Source: Candidatus Lokiarchaeum ossiferum (GTDB taxonomy: Archaea > Asgardarchaeota > Lokiarchaeia > Sigyniarchaeales > Promethearchaeaceae). Taken from it: DNA of 32,000 bases. Location of the stretch: the NCBI GenBank assembly GCA_025839675.1, contig CP104013.1, forward strand, positions 2,070,001 to 2,102,000. The letters are read 5' to 3'. The translations under genes and the position numbers were made by a program. Within the stretch, counting starts at the first letter, position 1. Each line of letters begins with the position of its first letter. This document shows, in pieces, positions 18,438 to 25,826 of the stretch. A model generated the notes under the pieces. The model searched no databases. It was not told where the DNA came from and was given only the letters and a program-made list of their open reading frames with translations.

Positions 18438-19778
18438 TTATTTCAAAGTATAAGTACTTTTTCTTTTCTTCCCTTTTCCTCGGGGTGCTTGGTAAGTCTC
18501 TTCGGTAAATTTATAGATAGCATCAATATTTTTATCGTTAGTGGGGCCATCTAATTTTGTGGTAATAAGAATCGGTTTATTTTTGGTAGCTTTAAGTGTT
18601 TGTTGGATAGATTTCCCATTCATCTGAATATCCTGGATTTTTTGTGTAAAATAAGTCTCATAGCCTTTTTCTGTACTCATAATGATAACTTCATCCCCAA
18701 CTGATAAGGTTCCATTTTCCAATTTAATTTTTGCGACATGACTCCGAAAAGACTCTTGAATCCTTCCCATTTCAATATAACGGAAATGGGAAACATTTGC
18801 AGGACTATTTAGCTGAGAATCCTTGGCAGTAGCCATATTAAAATAGAACCCAGTAGTAAAGCCACGATTATACACACGTTTTAATTGGGTAATCCAGCGA
18901 TTTTTTTTTTGCATTTCTTTGAAATCTCCTGCGAAATAAGCATCTATGGCTTCCCGATAGCACCGTGTAACCGTTTCTACATAATGTGGATGCCGCATTC
19001 TGCCTTCAATTTTAAAACTTTTTAAGCCCGATTCTATCAGCTGTGGAACATAATTAATCATGCAGAGATCCCGGGAATTGAAAATACGTTTTCCATTATA
19101 AATAAATTCATGACCACTTTGAGAAGTTAACTTCCATTCGCCACGGCATGGCTGAGTACAAAGGCCACGATTAGCCGATTGCTTGTTAGAACAAGCGATC
19201 GTTTGCGAAAGATAACAGCGTCCTGAAATAGAACTACACATGGCTCCATGCATAAAGGCTTCAATTTCAGCAGTTTTCATTTTAGGGACAATTTCTTTAA
19301 TTTGATTTAAAGAACATTCCCGTGCGAGTATAATTCGCTCTGCCCCCAAATCTTCATAAAATAGAGCTGCTTCAGAATTGGAGACATTACATTGTGTAGA
19401 AATATGAAAAGGGATCCCTACTTTTTTGGCGATTTGAATGGCAGCGAAATCATGGACAATAACTGCATCTATTCCAGCATTTTTTGCCGCTTGAATTACT
19501 TTCTTCAACTGACTAAGTTCATTCTCATAAACAACTATATTAACAGTCATATATGCCTTTCGAATTCGATGATTTTTGTCGATGGGATTATGACATAATT
19601 GAGCTATGCGAGGTAAAGAATCGAGAGTAAAATTATCTGCTTTCATTCGCATATTGAAGCTTTCAATTCCAAAATAGACCGCATCCGCATACGGTCCTGA
19701 AGCTTTTAGCGCCATAAAATTTTTCGCGGGAGCCAATAATTCCACATTAGAAGGAGGAGAATGATTCTTAATTGACAT
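18438..19778 (-). CDS. peptidase U32 family protein
   Basis: 446 aa. ELLAPA start, and EAFMHGAMCSSISGRCYLS fits the U32 signature E-x-F-x-x-G-[SA]-[LIVM]-C-x4-G-x-C-x-[LIVM]-S. Confidence 0.85.
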   Translation of the reverse strand: MSIKNHSPPSNVELLAPAKNFMALKASGPYADAVYFGIESFNMRMKADNFTLDSLPRIAQLCHNPIDKNHRIRKAYMTVNIVVYENELSQLKKVIQAAKNAGIDAVIVHDFAAIQIAKKVGIPFHISTQCNVSNSEAALFYEDLGAERIILARECSLNQIKEIVPKMKTAEIEAFMHGAMCSSISGRCYLSQTIACSNKQSANRGLCTQPCRGEWKLTSQSGHEFIYNGKRIFNSRDLCMINYVPQLIESGLKSFKIEGRMRHPHYVETVTRCYREAIDAYFAGDFKEMQKKNRWITQLKRVYNRGFTTGFYFNMATAKDSQLNSPANVSHFRYIEMGRIQESFRSHVAKIKLENGTLSVGDEVIIMSTEKGYETYFTQKIQDIQMNGKSIQQTLKATKNKPILITTKLDGPTNDKNIDAIYKFTEETYQAPRGKGKKRKSTYTLK

Positions 19779-19943
19779 TATGCTCGATATTAAAAATATT
19801 TGGTTAAACTTAATGGTTTGGATTAAGATTGATTTTCAAATCTCCAATGAGAATAAATTTATTAATAAAAAAGATCAAGGAAATGGTTATACATTGATTT
19901 CTTTTGGTTTTTCAGAAAAAAAGGAATCTTTGGATTGATAAAT

Positions 19944-22520
19944 ATGAAAAAATACAATTTACTCTTTATCAGCACTATTATGCTACTAATTCTAAGCGCA
20001 ATAATGCAACCGACATTGATTACTGCAACATCCGCAGTAAACGCAGATAATGTTTCCACAACACAAGTGTCTTTGATAGATACTGGCAAAAATGATTCAT
20101 ATTCTCGCTTAGCCATCATCACTCAAAATAATGCACTTAATGAAATATGGGTAGAAGGGAGCATTCCTGCAGAATTTACCTTTACAACCAAACAAAATGC
20201 AACTATAGGAACACCATCCACAGTAACAGACACCAGAGCTTATCCCTACGCAATAGGTTATGCAGGAGGTTCATCAATGAGCAGTCTTACGGATCCTTGG
20301 AACAATGTTGACTGGTTGCACATTGATAATATTGAAGACATTCCAGATGATGAAGCTTCCTTCAATATTTCAGTTTCTAAAAATGTTCTTGGAACGATTT
20401 CACCAGGTTCTTCAGGAATGTTTCAAATAGACAATCCAGATATACAAATGCTCGAACTTTATCTTTCTGTTAATAAACCTGGAAATTACATTTTATATTT
20501 TGATGAAGATGCAATTTCAACAATCTCCCCAATCCTATCCTATTTAGTCGATCCACAAGGAAATGCAATTGGAGAATTTGGAGGTTCCTTACCCACAGTT
20601 GCACCAAGTGGTGAAGTCGCCAGGGATTATTTTATTTTTACCACAGAAGAAACTGGGGAGTTTATTTTCCATTTTGCAGGAGCAAAGAATCAAATCTCTT
20701 TTGATTTCCAAATGATTTCTCCGATGAATAAAATTAAATTCGGGGATCAATATTCATATAAAGATGCTGAAGTTACCGAAGTAGGACCAGATGTCATCCA
20801 AGGTGCAATTTCTGAAGAATTTGTGCATGTATACAATTTAGATGTATCAGCAGGACAATATTTACACCACAATTTTGATCTTCTCTGGGGTTCAAGTGGC
20901 AGTCCAACAATATTTTTGGCAACTCCAACACCTTATGGATATTCGTACAATACCATAGATACGACCGGAGACGATGATTACACATTTATCCCCTTCGATG
21001 GAACTGCTTATTTAATAGTTATAAATCAAAATTACTATGAATGGAATGCTGCAGGACCTATCCGAAACTTACTATATTATGTTACAACTTTTGATGAAGT
21101 TACCCAATTTGAAGATTATTCTTTGGGAGAACAAAAAGTGATCAAAATTTCACCATCACCAGGTCGGACTTTTATTAAAATTGAAGTCAATAAATCTGAA
21201 ATGATCCATTTCTCAGCAGAAGATGTTGATGGAACACCACTCTTTGGAATTCTAAATGGAAATCCCGATCTAACATTTTTATATAACGATCCAAAAGAAG
21301 GAACAAAGTATGTTCCAGCTCTCGCAACTGCAAATTCTCACTCTGTTTACATGTTCCATCCAGGAACATATTATGCACACATTGATCACCCCGGAAACTC
21401 TTTAAATTCAGTATTTCTAGAATTGACCTCTCAAGAATTTACTATTAGCAGTTCAGTTGATCATACTGAGAAAACAGTTGCTGATCCAGATCAAATCATT
21501 TCAGATCTTTCCAATGTGGAGTTCAATGCACTAGATTTTGACATTGAAAGTGGTGCAGAAATGCAACCAGTTATATTTCCACTTTCCTTTTCAGATTTTG
21601 TGTATGATTTGGAATACAACATTACACTTCAACGGTCGGACAATAGCAACATTGCGGGTAAAAACTTACGTTTCGAATTATTCGCTGGAATTATACAAAA
21701 ATCACAGTTTAATAATTTAACTTTCACTAGTTTAGCCCCTATTGTAGACCAGGGAACAATCACATTATCTTCCGTAGAAGATAGCATTAATCCAATAAGT
21801 GATGTAGCCACCATGGATAGTAATTTATTTTTGATGGGAGATATGGAAGGTTACTTTTTTATGTGGCCTTATGATGTAGAATTACATAATGGTTCCGAAT
21901 TTTTACCCTATGATGAAACAGATCTAACATTCAGAGTAGGTACTAGTGACGAAAATGATTTTATCAAGCAAGAGACATTTACAGGAGCTGAATTGGTAGA
22001 CACCCAATTAAATGATATAGATTACACTACATTGAATTACAATCTGCAAGGAGAATTGGATACAACAAATTATGATAAAGTTTTAATATTTATCAATGAG
22101 ACCAGGATGTACGATTGGTGGCAATTTGCATTTAATTATGAGAACGCTTTCCTAATTGGAGATGCTTTAATCTATGATAATATTTGGTTGGATAATTCCG
22201 GACCAAATACAATAAACACGGATGTAAAGTATATAGGTTTTTCAAACCACTCATATGAATGTGGAATTGTTCCTTCAACATATTGGATTTTAATTGAAGC
22301 GACTCCTCTCGTGGGAGATGTGATCAATTATAACATCAATATTGCCCGATATAATATAACCGCGTTTCATACACCAATAATCGAATATGATAACAAACAG
22401 ACCATCGGTCAATTTTTCGCAAATCTTCCAAGTTGGGCGACCTATGCGGGTATTGGAGGCGGAGTTCTTATAATTGGAGTAGTTGTAATTACTGTGATAA
22501 AGAAGAAGAAGGCCATTTAA
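19944..22520 (+). CDS. large surface-anchored protein (signal peptide plus C-terminal TM anchor), a candidate cell-surface glycoprotein
   Basis: 858 aa from ATG 19944 (MKKYNLLFISTIMLLILSAIM...). The C-terminus is YAGIGGGVLIIGVVVITVIKKKKAI. There are many N-x-S/T sequons, and the T/S/N/D/Y-rich composition suggests beta-rich structure. No family recognised. Confidence 0.75.
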   Translation: MKKYNLLFISTIMLLILSAIMQPTLITATSAVNADNVSTTQVSLIDTGKNDSYSRLAIITQNNALNEIWVEGSIPAEFTFTTKQNATIGTPSTVTDTRAYPYAIGYAGGSSMSSLTDPWNNVDWLHIDNIEDIPDDEASFNISVSKNVLGTISPGSSGMFQIDNPDIQMLELYLSVNKPGNYILYFDEDAISTISPILSYLVDPQGNAIGEFGGSLPTVAPSGEVARDYFIFTTEETGEFIFHFAGAKNQISFDFQMISPMNKIKFGDQYSYKDAEVTEVGPDVIQGAISEEFVHVYNLDVSAGQYLHHNFDLLWGSSGSPTIFLATPTPYGYSYNTIDTTGDDDYTFIPFDGTAYLIVINQNYYEWNAAGPIRNLLYYVTTFDEVTQFEDYSLGEQKVIKISPSPGRTFIKIEVNKSEMIHFSAEDVDGTPLFGILNGNPDLTFLYNDPKEGTKYVPALATANSHSVYMFHPGTYYAHIDHPGNSLNSVFLELTSQEFTISSSVDHTEKTVADPDQIISDLSNVEFNALDFDIESGAEMQPVIFPLSFSDFVYDLEYNITLQRSDNSNIAGKNLRFELFAGIIQKSQFNNLTFTSLAPIVDQGTITLSSVEDSINPISDVATMDSNLFLMGDMEGYFFMWPYDVELHNGSEFLPYDETDLTFRVGTSDENDFIKQETFTGAELVDTQLNDIDYTTLNYNLQGELDTTNYDKVLIFINETRMYDWWQFAFNYENAFLIGDALIYDNIWLDNSGPNTINTDVKYIGFSNHSYECGIVPSTYWILIEATPLVGDVINYNINIARYNITAFHTPIIEYDNKQTIGQFFANLPSWATYAGIGGGVLIIGVVVITVIKKKKAI

Positions 22521-22725
22521 ACAATCTTTAAGAAAAGAAGTTCGATAATTCTTTTTATCTTTTTTCCCTCTTTTTTTATTTTTTGTTTTGTTAATCGATA
22601 TGTTTCCTCTAACAACAGAGAGTTTTCAATAAAACTTAAACAATTAAAGATTTTTCCGACATTTTTGAGATTTTAGGGTCAATAGATAAAATAAATAAAT
22701 GGATAAAATAAATAGTTAAAATAGT

Positions 22726-23757
22726 ATGACTTTAGATTGGACTTTTTCTTTTATTGAACTCGTGGACAACCGTCCAAAACTGCAAATGGTGAGTTCATTT
22801 CGGAATGGGAAAGCCCAATTGTTAGCAACACGCAAGAATTTCCCAGAAGTTATTCATCAGATGGAATCTGTGATCACTCTTCTCACTTACATCGCTTATT
22901 TTCCAAATAAAGATTTTACTAAAATTAAGCTCGATACTTCAGGTAATCATTATGCTGTTCATTTTTTGGACAAACGATACATTGACAAAGGTTTTTTAGG
23001 AATTATCTCAGTTAGCGAATATGACACTCCTCTAACCTATGATTTCTGGGGAATCGAAGAAATGATGGCAGAATTTGTTTTCGATTATTATATGGATCTT
23101 AAACAGTCCTTTGAAAATGAATCATTTAACATTTCGGAGTTTCAATCATGGCTCTCCACAGAAATCAAAGAATTTTTTGTTGAATGGTATGATGCAAAGA
23201 AAGAGTTTCGAAATGCTCAGTCAGATCCTGAGAAGCAAACATATTTTGAATCAAATAAACATAAAAAAGCAAAGTCGTTTGAACAATGGTGGGATTTGCA
23301 GTTAATAAATGAATATGGTGCCCCACTCACCGACATGATCTCTTTCATTGACGATTCATCCTTTTTTGTAGCAGAAGAAGCGGAACAAACCAACCAATCA
23401 TTGGAATCAATGTCTTTATCTGCTTTAAAAATATTGATTGACCAACAAGGCGGATGGAACATAAAATACCTAAAAAATCGTCTCAATAATGAAATGGGAT
23501 ATTCATACACATTTTTCTGTAAATTCACCGTCCGTGACATCAGATACTTATTAATTATGAATTCAGCCATCTACGATTTACAATCTGAAACTTGTTTACA
23601 AGCTTTTCGAGGAAATGAATTCGAGTTATTAGATCTAATTGCAAGTAAAATGGAACACCACACCATGTTTTTTACGGAAAATGGCCAGTTAAATGTGGAA
23701 AATAAAGAGCTCATTCAACAAATAATTTTAAATTATGTTGGGAAAGTTTACAAGTGA
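22726..23757 (+). CDS. hypothetical cytosolic protein; N- and C-terminal parts possibly longin/roadblock-like
   Basis: 343-aa ORF with no TM segment or signal peptide. The N-terminal pattern is FSFIELVD / KLQMVSSF / FPEVIHQMESVITLLTYI / KIKLDTSGNHYAVHFL / FLGIISVSEY / helix. No motif recognised. Confidence 0.6.
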   Translation: MTLDWTFSFIELVDNRPKLQMVSSFRNGKAQLLATRKNFPEVIHQMESVITLLTYIAYFPNKDFTKIKLDTSGNHYAVHFLDKRYIDKGFLGIISVSEYDTPLTYDFWGIEEMMAEFVFDYYMDLKQSFENESFNISEFQSWLSTEIKEFFVEWYDAKKEFRNAQSDPEKQTYFESNKHKKAKSFEQWWDLQLINEYGAPLTDMISFIDDSSFFVAEEAEQTNQSLESMSLSALKILIDQQGGWNIKYLKNRLNNEMGYSYTFFCKFTVRDIRYLLIMNSAIYDLQSETCLQAFRGNEFELLDLIASKMEHHTMFFTENGQLNVENKELIQQIILNYVGKVYK

Positions 23758-24031
23758 TACATTTTTTGGATTGATAACTATTTCTAATTATGGGAAGTAC
23801 GAAAAGTAATCATTAATCTCCATTTTTCGGTATTTTTGGCGCAATTTTGAATCATTTAATAAAAATTTATGGAATTCTTAATAAAATTTAAAAATAAGAA
23901 AAACATCATCTATGTATATAGGCTAGCAAAAAAAACATCGGAAAGATATCCAACTTAATTCAAGAAAATAGCATCCGACAAATTAGAGACTTTGGGTTTT
24001 CTAATTGAGGTCGAACTTGCTACATTCAAAC

Positions 24032-24112
24032 AAGAGGGGTTAATGGGGACACTTCGCTTTCTGCATGGAAAGGTTTGCTTTCCTACCTTTATTTTTCTTT
24101 TTGAAATATATT
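24032..24112 (+). repeat. copy 1 of an ~80-95 bp intergenic repeat element (conserved 5' box, variable middle, TTGAAATATATT tail)
   Basis: AAGAGGGGTTAATGGGGACACTTCGCTTTCTG...CCTACCTTTATTTTTCTTTTTGAAATATATT. Compare copies 2 and 3. Confidence 0.7.
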
Positions 24113-24278
24113 TTCCGAACAATGGTAGAGACATTTTACAATATTTCTTTACTGATATGTGTTGAGTAATGTTTTTCTTTGAACTAACTCTACATATCTT
24201 ATATTTGAGAAATATGATCAAAAACGTGTACTTCATCTTAATTTCCACGCAAATATGATCAGTTTTTAGGTGAAAAAT

Positions 24279-25211
24279 ATGACATCTCAGGACTCTGACA
24301 GTGACACACAACTTAAAACCTCTGCAACATCGCAAAAACGCGCTCACAAGGAATTAAATTCCACCACAGAAATGCACTTTACCGATCCACGAGGATATAA
24401 GGTTCAAAAGATCTCAAAAATGGCTCGACTAATAGATGAGTACACTACCTTATCCAAACAAAAGAATTTGATATGGTCTACGACTGAATGTGATATTACC
24501 GAGGCTCGTCAAAAAATTAAAGCTTACAAAGATCGTACCGGGGAATCGATTAGTTTTACTGCATTTTTGATCACAGTATTTGCTCGGGTTGTAGCTAATC
24601 ATAAAAATCCAATGAATGCGATTCGAAAAAAGAAGAAAGAATTATATATTTTCGAAGATGTCGATGTTTTAACCAATATTGAACGAAAACTTCCTGATGG
24701 TACAAAAAAACCAGTCAATTACACTATTCGGAAAGCGCAAACCAAAACATTGAAAGAAATCAGTGCAGAATTACGGGAAGCCCAAAAATCAAAAGTAATC
24801 TCTGCAACGAGTGGAAAACAGTCTTCACTAATGAAAAAAATATCAAAGAACATCCATAAATTCCCAAAATTTATCCGTAAAATGATTTTAAACTTCTTGT
24901 TTTCATCTCCAACATTTAAAAAGAATTCCATGGGAACGGTAGGTGTAACCGCCGTAGGAATGTTTGGATCTGGTTTAGGTCACATGATTCACTTAACACC
25001 TCATACGATCAGTTTGGGGGTTGGAGGTATGGATGTACTCCCCTTTAATGTCAACGGAGAAATCGTTAATCGCGATTTAATTGCGTTAACCATTGCAATG
25101 GATCATGCAATCATAGATGGTGCACCAGCAGCCCGATTTTTCCACGATTTACGACAAATGATTATGTATTTCTGTCATGACGCCGAATGGTGTTTTAAAT
25201 CGTTGGAATAA
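24279..25211 (+). CDS. 2-oxoacid dehydrogenase E2-type acyltransferase, catalytic domain only (no lipoyl or E3-binding domains)
   Basis: About 310 aa. The C-terminal active-site block LTIAMDHAIIDGAPAARFFHDLRQMI corresponds to DHRxxDG of E2/CAT-like acyltransferases. AGGTGA lies 6-11 nt upstream of ATG 24279; a GTG at 24270 is an alternative start. Confidence 0.75.
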   Translation: MTSQDSDSDTQLKTSATSQKRAHKELNSTTEMHFTDPRGYKVQKISKMARLIDEYTTLSKQKNLIWSTTECDITEARQKIKAYKDRTGESISFTAFLITVFARVVANHKNPMNAIRKKKKELYIFEDVDVLTNIERKLPDGTKKPVNYTIRKAQTKTLKEISAELREAQKSKVISATSGKQSSLMKKISKNIHKFPKFIRKMILNFLFSSPTFKKNSMGTVGVTAVGMFGSGLGHMIHLTPHTISLGVGGMDVLPFNVNGEIVNRDLIALTIAMDHAIIDGAPAARFFHDLRQMIMYFCHDAEWCFKSLE

Positions 25212-25358
25212 AGGATTTTTTTATTTTTTTGTCGGTATGATTTAATATGTAGATCATGATCGTTGTCTATATATTAGATACAAGGCTCGATTCTCTAAAA
25301 AGATCATCTATTTAATTCGATAGGTATTGTTCATAAAAAAAAGGAAAGAAGTTAATAA

Positions 25359-25442
25359 AAAAGGAGTTATTGGGACACTTCAATTAAATTAACGTTTTTC
25401 GCCTTAAAAAACCTTTTTATTGGAATAATTTTGAAATATATT
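25359..25442 (+). repeat. copy 2 (AT-enriched, degenerate) of the intergenic repeat element
   Basis: AAAAGGAGTTATTGGGACACTTC...ACCTTTTTATTGGAATAATTTTGAAATATATT. The 5' box and 3' tail are collinear with copy 1. Confidence 0.6.
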
Positions 25443-25536
25443 CAAACACTTCATAATTTATAAGCAAACTTGATTTAAAACAAAAAATAACGTTTTTGGA
25501 GACCATCTCTAAAATTGTTTAAGAATAAGACAATGC

Positions 25537-25630
25537 AATATTATTTTCAAATCCAAAATTGAAGAAAAAAAATTGTAAGGTAAGGCGCCCCACGTGCCAG
25601 AAAGCCGAAGTGTCCCGGAAACCCCTCTTT
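25537..25630 (-). repeat. copy 3 (inverted orientation, GC-rich) of the intergenic repeat element; possible small RNA
   Basis: The minus strand reads AAAGAGGGGTTTCCGGGACACTTCGGCTTTCTGGCACGTGGGGCGCCTTACCTTACAATTTTTTTTCTTC...TTTGAAAATAATATT. The first ~32 nt match copy 1 except for 3 substitutions and 2 single-nt indels. Confidence 0.7.
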
Positions 25631-25826
25631 TATAGTTTAACTTAGAAGACCGCACATTTTCATGATTTTTTCTTGCTAAACTGAAAGTTTCACCGAAATT
25701 TCCATTCTGTTGTGTTGTCCTACCTTAATACAGAAATGTGTTGTCATCCTTTAAAAGTCTTTTTTTGGCCCACGGATGAATGAAATTGGAAAAGTGAGCT
25801 AGATTTTATTTCTTCACGATTTACTA

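Noticed and set aside
23990-24060. A possible tRNA or T-loop-like string (GAGGTCGAACTT) next to repeat copy 1.
   Set aside because: No cloverleaf can be drawn. The would-be stems are AT-rich and non-complementary, and the GTTCRANYC consensus is not met.
23955-24347. A 130-aa minus-strand ORF that is Cys/Lys/Arg-rich.
   Set aside because: It overlaps the 5' end of the acyltransferase gene and runs through repeat copy 1. It has no motif and an odd composition, so it is probably spurious.
25417-25506. A 29-codon minus-strand mini-ORF (MVSKNVIFCFKSSLLINYEVFEYISKLFQ). It lies about 30-45 nt downstream of the TATA-like tail of repeat copy 3.
   Set aside because: The spacing would suit an archaeal promoter, but copies 1 and 2 have no equivalent ORF, and the peptide has no recognisable features. 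Sequence alone cannot support it.
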